Shown here piece after piece: positions 37,802 through 46,200 of a DNA stretch of 64,000 nt. The first letter of the stretch is position 1; each line of letters begins with the position of its first letter. The notes beneath the pieces were generated by a model. The model had not been told where the DNA came from and made no database searches. It saw nothing but the letters and a program-made list of their open reading frames with translations. A program made the translations under genes and the position numbers. The stretch lies in contig CAUHJB010000004.1 in assembly GCA_959606495.1 (NCBI GenBank), positions 12,813-76,812 on the forward strand, given 5' to 3'. This DNA is from an uncultured Collinsella sp. (GTDB taxonomy: Bacteria; Actinomycetota; Coriobacteriia; Coriobacteriales; Coriobacteriaceae).

Positions 37802-37858
37802 ACCTACCAAAAAGGGACAGGTTTATTTTGGCAGGTTTTATCTGGGCAAATGTCGAAA
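37802..37858 (+). repeat. Family B repeat, copy B4
   Basis: ACCTACCAAAAAGGGACAGGTTTATTTTGGCAGGTTTTATCTGGGCAAATGTCGAAA. Confidence 0.8.
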
Positions 37859-37896
37859 CCACCACAAAGGTGCCTGTCCCCTTTGTGGTGGTTTTG
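37853..37896 (+). repeat. 43/44-bp hairpin-containing direct repeat, left copy
   Basis: TCGAAACCACCACAAAGGTGCCTGTCCCCTTTGTGGTGGTTTTG. Confidence 0.85.
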
Positions 37897-37911
37897 GCCC
37901 ATGCGTTAACG

Positions 37912-38241
37912 CTATAACGCCGCGGCGATTGCTTCGGTCACAAACTTATTGAGTGACTCGCCCTTTTTTGCCGCCGCCAGTGCTGCCTGCTTGTGAAGCT
38001 CGGAGCCTGTTCTCACATTGAACGAGCCCTTAAAAGCCCGCTCTGGTTCCTTGCCCTTTTCGGCACAAAACTCAAGGTAATCGTCGACGGCGTCGTGGAA
38101 GCATTGCTCCACTTCTTCAGCCGTGGAGCCTTCAAATACGATTGCATCCCTAATGCCGGCGACCATACCTGTTAGTACATGCTGCTCGGCATCGAACTCG
38201 ACTGGGGCGAAATAGCCCTTGTATGCCAAAACGTTACTCAT
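37912..38241 (-). CDS. hicB: HicB family antitoxin
   Basis: YKGYFAPVEFDAE..L.G...I.D...FEG.T..E N-terminal HicB fold, C-terminal RHH-like FNVRTGSELHKQAALAA. The start overlaps the hicA stop (ATGAGTAA). Confidence 0.85.
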   Translation of the reverse strand: MSNVLAYKGYFAPVEFDAEQHVLTGMVAGIRDAIVFEGSTAEEVEQCFHDAVDDYLEFCAEKGKEPERAFKGSFNVRTGSELHKQAALAAAKKGESLNKFVTEAIAAAL

Positions 38242-38497
38242 GACTGCCTCCGACATCCTGCAGAAATCGAACGATGTTTCGAATTGTCTCCGCTGTCAAT
38301 TCGTCAGATGGATGAGGCACGTGCATCACGAACATCCTGCCATCTGAGGGCCTGTAGAAGCGAACGCGCGATCCGGATGTCTTGCCTTTGCTGTCCATTT
38401 CAAAGCCATATGAGGCCATGACTTTTAAAAAATCGGCATACCGATACGTCGAAGGGCAGCTAAACAGTTGGGCGATGAGTTTATCGGCTCGAGTCAT
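38234..38497 (-). CDS. hicA: HicA family mRNA interferase toxin
   Basis: 87 aa. FLKVMASYGFEMDSKGKTSGSRVRFYR..MHVPHP is typical of YcfA/HicA. Confidence 0.85.
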   Translation of the reverse strand: MTRADKLIAQLFSCPSTYRYADFLKVMASYGFEMDSKGKTSGSRVRFYRPSDGRMFVMHVPHPSDELTAETIRNIVRFLQDVGGSHE

Positions 38498-38590
38498 CCC
38501 GCCTCACATTCTGCAACTATATTCTAGTTGCAATTTAGATCCGATGCAATCACCCATACTATAGAACATGTGTACGTATAGAACAAGTGT

Positions 38591-38633
38591 TCGAACCACC
38601 ACAAAGGTGCCTGTCCCCTTTGTGGTGGTTTTG
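38591..38633 (+). repeat. 43/44-bp hairpin-containing direct repeat, right copy
   Basis: TCGAACCACCACAAAGGTGCCTGTCCCCTTTGTGGTGGTTTTG, one indel relative to 37853-37896. Confidence 0.85.
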
Positions 38634-38643
38634 CTTGCTGTGG

Positions 38644-41600
38644 CTAGCCCAGCAGGTCGATGACGTTAAAGCCGGCGTTGCTCTTGGCGATGACGTCTCG
38701 GCCGCCAAAGACGCAGGTGGGCGACTCGGCTGCGATGCGCGTCACGTCGGCGCCGAGCGAGCGCAGCTCACCGGGCGTGGCGGCGAGCATCTGGGCGCGA
38801 CGCTCCTCGCGCGCATGCGGATCGAGCCCGGCCAGGTAGGTCGTGTTGCGGCGCTTGGTGAGCGCGTACGGCTTCACCGGCGCGTCCATGCCGCTCACGC
38901 AGCTCACGATAAAGCCCTCAAAGGCGGCTTCGTCGGGCTCAAAGCTGCCAAGCCATGCACCCGCGCGCTCCACGCGCTCAATCGAAGGATCGATCGCCGG
39001 GTCGCGGTAGGTGTAGAACGCCGCCTGACGCTCACCTGCCGCGCGGAATCCGCAGCCGTACGCCCCGCCCTTCACGCGGATCTCGTTCCACAGGTAGTCG
39101 TAGGAGAGCGCGTTGGCAGCCACGGCCCAAGTGCCTGTCACGTCAATGCCCAGGCGACGCGGGTCACACGCGCTTGCCGCAAAGCAGATGTCGCTGGGGA
39201 TCACGAAAGCCTCGTGGCGGTCGCACGGCGCCGGCACCACGAGCGCGTCGCGGCCGGCACCATCGCCCGCACCCAGCCCCAGGTCGCCCGCGGCATCCCA
39301 GTACGCGTCAAAGTCCTCGTCGCTGCCGGTAAAGCTCGCCATGCAGCCATCGGCCACAAAGATGCGGCCTGCCAGTTCGGTAAGCTTGGCGCGCAGGTCG
39401 TCCAGGCGCTCGTCAAAGTGGTCGAGCAGATCGCGCAGGAACAGGTAGAAGTCCACGCCCGAAAGCTGCTCGCGCACCACGGCCGAAGGCGAGCTGTAGC
39501 TCATCGCGCGACCGAGCGCCGCCGAGTGACCATTGTTGATAAAGCCCTGCTCAAGCCCAATGCGAATCTGCGTGAGCACGTCGCGCACGCGGTCGGCGTC
39601 GGCATCTGCCAAAAGCGTGCTCGACCATACCTCGCGCGGCAGACTCGCCAGTGCATCAATCTTCTCGGACAGGGCGCCGGCGCTCACCAGCAGGTAGGGG
39701 CGCACGCCGTCCACGTCGGGCTGGGTCATGACTTCGGTCGTAAAGCTCAAAAAGCCCAGCTTGCCAGCGAGCAAGTTGTCGAGTTCCTCGGCCGAGTGCT
39801 CGCGCGTGGGCAGCTGCTTAAGCAGGCGGCAGAGCAGCGTCACATAGGGCAGGTCCTCAAACGCGACGCAGCTCAGGTCGAAATACTGCATGGCGTAGGC
39901 CAGGCGGTTGGTAGGGATGTCGTGGCGCAGACAGGGGATGGGCGCGGTCGTGTCCACGACCAGCGGCGGTTCGGGGCGCGCCTCGCCAATGTCGGACACG
40001 CGCAGGCGCGGCAGCGTGGCCTTGTCCTCGGGCGTGTCCTCGGCTTCCTGCGCGGCACGCAGCGCGGCCGTGCGCTCGACCACGTCGACCAGCTCGGAAT
40101 CGGTCATGGCGTCGCGCTTGGCTGCCAGCTCGATGGCCTCGGCACCCTCCGAACCCTCGGCGGCGTCCACCGGCACCAGCTCGACGAGCGCCATGTGGTC
40201 GTTCTCCAGCACCAGCTCGCGCAGCAGGTCCTCAAAATAGCTGCCGTCCAGCTCGCTACGCAGCTCCTCGTACACCGGGCCGTACTTGAGCGCCAGCGTC
40301 GCGGCGTCGTCATCGTAGAGCCACGTGCTCAGCGCGTCGCACGCAATGGCCACGCCGTCGGCGATACCGTAGTCGCGCTGGCGCAGGTCGTATTCGTTGC
40401 TGCTGATGATGGCTTCCAGGCGCTCGCGCGGAACGCCATGCTCGCATAGGTCGCGGCAGGCGTCCTGGAACACGCGGCGCAGCTCGCGCGCCACGCCGGG
40501 CTGTGCGTTTTGCAGCATGATGAGCTCGTAGGGCTGCAGGCTCTCGGCCGCGGTGTAGCTCACCACGTTGCCGCCCAGGCCGGCGGCCAGAATGGCCTTC
40601 TTAACCGGCGCTTCGTTGGAGCCCAGCAGCGCCTCGAACAGGATGTCCGCCGCGATCGTGCGCTTGCGATCGAGCGCGCTGCCCAGCACCAGGCCCAGGC
40701 CCACCAGGGCGTTCTCGGGTGTGGTGGCCATCTCGACGCGCTTGTACTCGCAGGTCACGGGCGCCTGCACGTCCAGCGGATTGGGCGCCAGCGCGGACGG
40801 GTCCTCGCCGGCGGCGACGGCAGCGTCCATGCGGCGGCTCGCGGCACTCGGCTGCGACAGATAGCGCTCGTCCAAAAAGGCCAGTGCGCGGTCCACGTCC
40901 AGGTCGCCGTAGAGCGTGATGTAGGAGTTGGAAGGGTTGTAGTGGCGTGCGTGCGTGTCCAGGAACTGCTCGTAGGTGAGCGCCGGGATCACGCGCGGGT
41001 CGCCGCCGCTCTCGTGCGCATAGGCGGTGTCGGGATAGAGCGCGGCGTTGACGGCGTCGTCCAGCACGCTCATGGGGTCGGACAGCGCGCCCTTCATCTC
41101 GTTGAACACCACGCCGTTATAGCGCAGCGTGCCCTCGCGCAGGCTCGCGGAGCTGTCGCCGCCCTCGCCCTCGACGCTCTCCGGTAGGTCCAGCTCGTAG
41201 TGCCAGCCTTCCTGCTCAAAAATGGTGGGTTTGGTATAGATGGCCGGGTTGAACACCGCGTCCAGGTACACGTCCATCAGGTTGTACAGATCCTGCTCGT
41301 TGGTGGTGGCAACGGGGTAGATGGTCTTGTCGGGGTAGGTCATGGCGTTGAGAAACGTCTGCATGGAGCTCTTGATCAGGTCGACAAACGGCTCCTTGAC
41401 GGGGAATTTGGCCGATCCGCACAGCACCGAGTGCTCAAGAATATGGAACACGCCGGTGGAATCGGCCGGCGGCGTCTTAAAGCCAATGGCAAAGGCCTTG
41501 TTCTCGTCATCGCACGCCAGGTACAGCAGGCGAGCGCCCGAGGCGGTGTGGCGCAGCACGTAGGCGTCCGAGTCGAGCTCGGGCACGGTTTCGCAGCGCT

Positions 41601-41682
41601 CGACGGCAAAACCGTGGCAGGTGGTACCGGGTACCAGCAGCGCGGCAGCAGCGGCGCGCGGGTCGGTTGAGGTGGCGGACAT
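38644..41682 (-). CDS. M16C insulinase-family zinc metallopeptidase (PreP-like)
   Basis: HILEHSVLCGS (HxxEH), about 1012 aa. ATG at 41682 preceded by AAAGGAG. The track ORF extends to 41904 only by reading through a repeat array. Confidence 0.88.
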   Translation of the reverse strand: MSATSTDPRAAAAALLVPGTTCHGFAVERCETVPELDSDAYVLRHTASGARLLYLACDDENKAFAIGFKTPPADSTGVFHILEHSVLCGSAKFPVKEPFVDLIKSSMQTFLNAMTYPDKTIYPVATTNEQDLYNLMDVYLDAVFNPAIYTKPTIFEQEGWHYELDLPESVEGEGGDSSASLREGTLRYNGVVFNEMKGALSDPMSVLDDAVNAALYPDTAYAHESGGDPRVIPALTYEQFLDTHARHYNPSNSYITLYGDLDVDRALAFLDERYLSQPSAASRRMDAAVAAGEDPSALAPNPLDVQAPVTCEYKRVEMATTPENALVGLGLVLGSALDRKRTIAADILFEALLGSNEAPVKKAILAAGLGGNVVSYTAAESLQPYELIMLQNAQPGVARELRRVFQDACRDLCEHGVPRERLEAIISSNEYDLRQRDYGIADGVAIACDALSTWLYDDDAATLALKYGPVYEELRSELDGSYFEDLLRELVLENDHMALVELVPVDAAEGSEGAEAIELAAKRDAMTDSELVDVVERTAALRAAQEAEDTPEDKATLPRLRVSDIGEARPEPPLVVDTTAPIPCLRHDIPTNRLAYAMQYFDLSCVAFEDLPYVTLLCRLLKQLPTREHSAEELDNLLAGKLGFLSFTTEVMTQPDVDGVRPYLLVSAGALSEKIDALASLPREVWSSTLLADADADRVRDVLTQIRIGLEQGFINNGHSAALGRAMSYSSPSAVVREQLSGVDFYLFLRDLLDHFDERLDDLRAKLTELAGRIFVADGCMASFTGSDEDFDAYWDAAGDLGLGAGDGAGRDALVVPAPCDRHEAFVIPSDICFAASACDPRRLGIDVTGTWAVAANALSYDYLWNEIRVKGGAYGCGFRAAGERQAAFYTYRDPAIDPSIERVERAGAWLGSFEPDEAAFEGFIVSCVSGMDAPVKPYALTKRRNTTYLAGLDPHAREERRAQMLAATPGELRSLGADVTRIAAESPTCVFGGRDVIAKSNAGFNVIDLLG

Positions 41683-41772
41683 ATGCAGTCTCCTTTGACG
41701 CCCCAGCGGGGGCGAATCGAGTCGAATCCTCGAGAGTATACCCATATGGGGCCTTCGACCAATCTGCCGCAC

Positions 41773-41915
41773 GAGCGTGGATTTTCGGACACACGAGCGT
41801 GGAAATTCGGACGCCTGCCAAATGACAGTGGATTTTCGGACGAAATCGGCCGCCAAAAGCCCAAAAACCGTCCAAATATCCACTCTCGATATCCGACCGT
41901 TCATAATCCACGCTC
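41773..41915. repeat. Family A repeat array A4
   Basis: Direct units at 41773, 41796, and 41824, and inverted units at 41870-41887 and 41899-41915. Confidence 0.85.
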
Positions 41916-41951
41916 ATCCGCCGCCCGCACAACTCTCATATCTCATTCGTC

Positions 41952-42164
41952 TCTAATACGAGAGATAACAGATAGATGAGAGATAAATATGAGAGATAAC
42001 AATGCTGCAAAGAGACGGGCAACCATGGTATTGTCTCAATATAGATTGTTTTACCAGCAACAACATGTTTAAATGAAACAGATGACAGACATCTTATCTC
42101 TCATCTTTCACTCATATCTAATACGAGAGATAACAGAAAGATGAGAGATAATTACAAGAGATAA
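41952..42164. repeat. Iteron-like GAGAGATAA array including a 35-bp direct repeat
   Basis: TCTAATACGAGAGATAACAGA(T/A)AGATGAGAGATAA at 41952-41986 and 42117-42151. Perfect 9-mers at 41960, 41978, 41991, 42125, and 42143, one inverted at 42094, and a variant at 42156. Confidence 0.85.
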
Positions 42165-42220
42165 CTGAGAGACGAGGGGAATCCGTCTGCAGCATTCTCC
42201 GCAGGACCGAGCGAAGGGAC

Positions 42221-43693
42221 GTGCAGATGAACGAAAACGAGCTGGCCGGTTTGCTCGAGTCTTTAAAGCGCATGGGTTCGGATGACTTTAGCGTCGAAGT
42301 AAAGGAGAGCGCCACGACGCTTTCCCGCGACGTATGGGAAACGGTCAGCGCTTTCGCAAACACCGCCGGCGGCATCATCGTACTCGGAGTGAGCGAGCGC
42401 GCGGGTTTTGTCCCAGTTGCAAACTTTGAGACCGAGAAAGTGCTCAACCAATTCGTGGCGGGCATGGGCGATGCCGGCGGTCGCGGAAAGCTGGCCAATC
42501 CGCCCAAATACACCATTGAGCGCGTGGAGCTCCAGGGCACCGTGGTTCTAGTCATCGCGATTGAGGAGCTTGACCCGTCGAGCAAGCCTTGCTATGTCAT
42601 AGAGCGGGGCGCTCAAGGTGGCAGCTACAAACGCATCGATGATAAAGATGTCCCGCTTTCGTCGACCGAGGTTTTGGCACTGTCGTCATATGAACGGACG
42701 AGTCCTAGCGATCGCGATGTGGCGCCCGGCACGAGTGTGGGCGATCTCGACGAGTCGCTGGTCGACCGCACGATAGAGCGTGCCTATTCGTTGACGCCTC
42801 GAGCGATGCGCGGTGCGGCGGACAAGAAGACAAAGATGGAGCGTCTGAATTTCCTCGACTTCCAGGGCAATGTTACCAAGGCCGGCCTCCTTACCGCGGG
42901 CATTTACCCTCAGCAGTTCTATCCCAAGCTCTTCATTGATGTGGCTGTCCACGTGGGAACTCAAAAGGGAGCTGCGGGGCCACTAAGGTTTATGGACCGC
43001 ACAGTCTGCGAGGGCACCCTAGGCGAGATGATTTCGGATGCCGTCGCAGCTGTCGCCAAAAACCTGCGCCGCATCTCGACCGTCCAAGGCGTCTCGCGTA
43101 TCGACTCGCTGGAGATCCCCGAGGAGGTCCTGCGCGAGGCAGTCGCCAACGCGGTTATCCACAGGGAATACGGGGATCGGTTCTGTGGACAATCGATTGC
43201 CGTCGACGTCTTTGACGATCGTGTCGAGGTGACGAATCCTGGCGGCCTTTACGGGGGAAAGACTCGCGAGAACTTGTTTGACGGCAGCTCCCGATGCCGT
43301 AACGCGACGCTCGTGAAACTCATGTCGATTGTCCCGCTTCCGGATGGCGCAGGTTCGCCGGCTGAGGGCAATGGCTCGGGCATCCCGATGATGATCGATG
43401 CCATGCGCGCGCATGGTCTGGCCGAGCCCCTGTTCTGCCCGGGGTTCGATCGGTTCAAGGTCGTACTTTGCCGTTCAAAGATCGAGCCGGTCGATCATGG
43501 CGGGGGCTTAATTGTGACGGCACTCAAACACTACGGCGAGCTGGGGACGCGTGAGCTGGCAAAACGCACGGGGCTTACAATTTCCCAGGTTAGGTCGCGC
43601 GTCAACGCGCTCATTGCTCAAGGCGAGCTTGAGCCCACGGCGCCGTCGACAAGCCGCAACCGCAAATATCGACTGTCAGAGCGCGTGGAATAA
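42221..43693 (+). CDS. Schlafen/AlbA_2 domain + HATPase_c_4 + C-terminal wHTH protein
   Basis: AlbA_2-like N-terminus (VEVKES...VSAFANTAGGIIVLGV), VLREAVANAVIHREY ATPase-like box, and a C-terminal wHTH (TRELAKRTGLTISQVRSRVNALI). An ATG at 42227 is also possible. Confidence 0.75.
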   Translation: MQMNENELAGLLESLKRMGSDDFSVEVKESATTLSRDVWETVSAFANTAGGIIVLGVSERAGFVPVANFETEKVLNQFVAGMGDAGGRGKLANPPKYTIERVELQGTVVLVIAIEELDPSSKPCYVIERGAQGGSYKRIDDKDVPLSSTEVLALSSYERTSPSDRDVAPGTSVGDLDESLVDRTIERAYSLTPRAMRGAADKKTKMERLNFLDFQGNVTKAGLLTAGIYPQQFYPKLFIDVAVHVGTQKGAAGPLRFMDRTVCEGTLGEMISDAVAAVAKNLRRISTVQGVSRIDSLEIPEEVLREAVANAVIHREYGDRFCGQSIAVDVFDDRVEVTNPGGLYGGKTRENLFDGSSRCRNATLVKLMSIVPLPDGAGSPAEGNGSGIPMMIDAMRAHGLAEPLFCPGFDRFKVVLCRSKIEPVDHGGGLIVTALKHYGELGTRELAKRTGLTISQVRSRVNALIAQGELEPTAPSTSRNRKYRLSERVE

Positions 43694-43793
43694 ATGCGTT
43701 AGTGGACGAGGCGACCCAATAATCGACCCTCGATTGGCGCCCACTAAGGTAAAGCGGTTGTTGCCCAGTCGACGGTGATGCTAAAGACTCGGC

Positions 43794-44285
43794 TTACGCC
43801 GGCATGGCCCCGAACCCGTCCATCAAGAACAGCCTAAGAACCAGCTTGATGACATTTCCCGGTTTGACTTCAGCCGTGCCAAAGACGCTGCGCTCGGCGA
43901 GCTCGCTGCAGTATGCGTAGATATCGCGGATAAGGTCCGCGCCCGAAAGCGTAAACATGTAGCCTGCGTCCGAAAGCGCATTGGGCGCGGCGGGCAACTT
44001 GGCCATGTGACAAAAGGTCAACAGGTCGGGCGCCATAGCGTCTTGGTAGCCAAGATGGCCGCCGTCTTCTTGTGCGGCGAGTTCCAGCTGGCGTACTCGA
44101 TCCAGCGCCGCTGCCAGCACAAAGCTCGGTGTGGGCGCATTGACGTCTTCCGTGTTCGCCACGAGTTTGCCCGCCGCCTGTGTGACAAGCCAGGCGACCT
44201 CGCGCTGGCAACGCACGGCCTTGCGCGTAACCGGCTTGATGGACGAAGAAGAAACGCTCCCCTTAGGCGGATTCGAAGCAGCCAT
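43794..44285 (-). CDS. Hypothetical protein (163 aa)
   Basis: Plausible helical composition. GGGAGGG SD 5 nt before the ATG. Competing frames are Arg-rich junk. Confidence 0.5.
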   Translation of the reverse strand: MAASNPPKGSVSSSSIKPVTRKAVRCQREVAWLVTQAAGKLVANTEDVNAPTPSFVLAAALDRVRQLELAAQEDGGHLGYQDAMAPDLLTFCHMAKLPAAPNALSDAGYMFTLSGADLIRDIYAYCSELAERSVFGTAEVKPGNVIKLVLRLFLMDGFGAMPA

Positions 44286-44296
44286 AAGACCCTCCC

Positions 44297-44866
44297 ATGA
44301 ACAATCCGGCCCAACAAGCCCGGATGAAACACGTGCTACATCAGTATACAGGGGAGTGGGGTAGCGGGGTACAAGCGCGCCAGCGGCAAACCGAGAGCAT
44401 CAACAATGTGCCTCCGCTCTATTTGGACGATGGTACGTGGGTCATTAAGTACTCGGTTCAAGCGCCGGGTACCGTTGGTTTTCGAGACCAGAATTACAAC
44501 CGTAAAATGCTCAACTGCATGGAATGTGACGTCCCAGTCGGAGTCATATTTGCAACCGAGGTGGGCTATAAGGTGCTCGGCCTTGCGTTTGTTGAGCGGT
44601 TCGAGCCCGAAAACGGATGGTTTGTTCTGCACGGTCCTGTTCATAAAGGCGGACCGGACCCTCGTTTTGCGCCCGACATGAGTTATCTGAAGCACATACC
44701 CGTCGATATTGAGTTTGCCGGACAGGGTGCGACCGACGATGAAATTTGGTTTTGGCGGTCTTTTAAGATCGTGTTGTTTGATCGGATCGCGTGGCGATGC
44801 AATCTCGCGCCCGCCCGCCGGTGCATGCTCTTCCTGATTTGCATAGCGAGAGGGGAGCGTGTATGA
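44297..44866 (+). CDS. Hypothetical protein, possible SRA/PUA-like beta-barrel domain
   Basis: NRKMLNCMECDVPVGVIFA...YKVLGLAFVERFEPENGWFVLHG resembles the SRA-YDG pattern. No SD (leaderless?). The odd Arg/Cys/Leu C-terminal tail may be degenerate. Confidence 0.45.
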   Translation: MNNPAQQARMKHVLHQYTGEWGSGVQARQRQTESINNVPPLYLDDGTWVIKYSVQAPGTVGFRDQNYNRKMLNCMECDVPVGVIFATEVGYKVLGLAFVERFEPENGWFVLHGPVHKGGPDPRFAPDMSYLKHIPVDIEFAGQGATDDEIWFWRSFKIVLFDRIAWRCNLAPARRCMLFLICIARGERV

Positions 44867-45147
44867 GCTGGCGAGGCGATATTGCGATGGGGAAGTACGG
44901 AAAACTGCCGTGTGCTCTTATCGACAACAATATGTTTCCGAGCGTAGAGGTTGATTGCGGGTCGTTTGTCGTCGCCTGCCCTTGCTGCGGCTCGCAAATA
45001 CCGTGTCTCGACATTCGGTTCATCGATGCGCGCGACAGGCTCAGCGACGAAGTGAGAAAACGGACAGGCGTTCATATGCCGGTGTATCCGGAGAAATGCC
45101 CTGTTTGTGGCCTCGATATCGTGTACGACGCCGGCGACGAGGGATAG
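44863..45147 (+). CDS. Small zinc-ribbon protein (94 aa)
   Basis: GAGAGGGGAG SD, ATGA overlap with the upstream ORF, and CPCCG...CPVCG cysteine pairs. Confidence 0.55.
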   Translation: MSWRGDIAMGKYGKLPCALIDNNMFPSVEVDCGSFVVACPCCGSQIPCLDIRFIDARDRLSDEVRKRTGVHMPVYPEKCPVCGLDIVYDAGDEG

Positions 45148-45185
45148 GTGATGCGGAGGAGCTGACTGTGAAGGCCTCTCCGTCC

Positions 45186-45872
45186 CTACAAATAAATCCC
45201 CTCACCGAGCTGCTTGTGGAACTCGGCGTGATGGTCGCGTGCCCAGGTAAAGAGCGCCTGGTCAAAGTCGGTGCGCGCGGCCGGGGCGCCAAAGACGCCG
45301 GCAACTTCGACGCGTACAAACTCCAGTGCCGGCAGCTTGTTGATGGCAGTGAGGGCAAACGGGGACGAGGGCTCCTCGAACAGATAGCGGCTGCCTTGCA
45401 GCGCGTTGCAACTGGTGCACGTGTTGCCGAGCGACGGGGCTTTGGAGGCTCGCGTGCCTACGGGCTTGTAGCCGCAGCGCTTAGAAAGATAGTCGCGGAT
45501 CTCGCCCGGCACGCAGCCAAGAGCGGGCACGATGGCGAGTGCGTTGGCGTTGGCCGTGTCGATGGCAATGTGCCCGGCTTCGTTGGGCGCGTGCGCGATG
45601 GCGATGCCCTTGTCGTCATCGGTTCGGTAGGGAATGCCGAAGGCCGCGACCGAGGTCTCTTTGTGACACTTCCAGCACTCGCGCTTGCCCAGTACTAGAT
45701 ATATATACGGCGCTGAGGGGTCGGATCGGTCAACACCGGGCAGCCACTCGGCAAAGGGCTCGGGGTTGACGCCGCTGGGTACATACCAGATCTTCTTGGT
45801 CCGGTCCCATTTGGCGCCCAGCGCCTTGGCTTCTTCTTTGTGCGAAAAGGGGACATCGAGCTCGGTGCGCAT
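45186..45872 (-). CDS. DUF5710-like N-terminal domain protein with a Cys-rich C-terminal region
   Basis: LDVPFSHKEEAKALGAKWDRTKKIWYVP motif; CWKC and CTSC pairs. AAGGAG SD before the ATG at 45872. Confidence 0.6.
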   Translation of the reverse strand: MRTELDVPFSHKEEAKALGAKWDRTKKIWYVPSGVNPEPFAEWLPGVDRSDPSAPYIYLVLGKRECWKCHKETSVAAFGIPYRTDDDKGIAIAHAPNEAGHIAIDTANANALAIVPALGCVPGEIRDYLSKRCGYKPVGTRASKAPSLGNTCTSCNALQGSRYLFEEPSSPFALTAINKLPALEFVRVEVAGVFGAPAARTDFDQALFTWARDHHAEFHKQLGEGIYL

Positions 45873-46161
45873 GGCGGCTCCTTGGTGCTGCAGGTGCGAG
45901 TGGCTCAAGGATACCGCAGGGCGCAGGCATCGCGGCGTTTTGTTGAGAAGTTGCGGCGCGGACTGCTTGGTTACGCCGTTAGATAAATTGGCAAGTAGAT
46001 GGTCGGCTTTTGACCAGTTGGGCGGTTGGAGCAGCTTGCGGCGCAGTTTTCTGCCTGGCTATTGTTGCTGTTGGGGTATTGAATTTGTTTGGCAGCCATT
46101 CGTCAGGTGAATTGATGTTACGTTGCGATGACGGTTGGAGCTGCCAACGGATTTGGCGACA

Positions 46162-46200
46162 TAAAACAAAACAGCCCAGAGGACATAGCCTCTGAGCTGC
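46162..46200 (-). terminator. Rho-independent terminator of tRNA-Val
   Basis: On the minus strand: CAGCTCAGAGG-CTATGT-CCTCTGGGCTG then TTTTGTTTT. Confidence 0.75.

Noticed and set aside
41683-41904. N-terminal 74 codons of the M16 peptidase ORF as given in the track.
   Set aside because: This is read-through of repeat units. A strong SD and ATG at 41682 give an N-terminus consistent with PreP-like enzymes.
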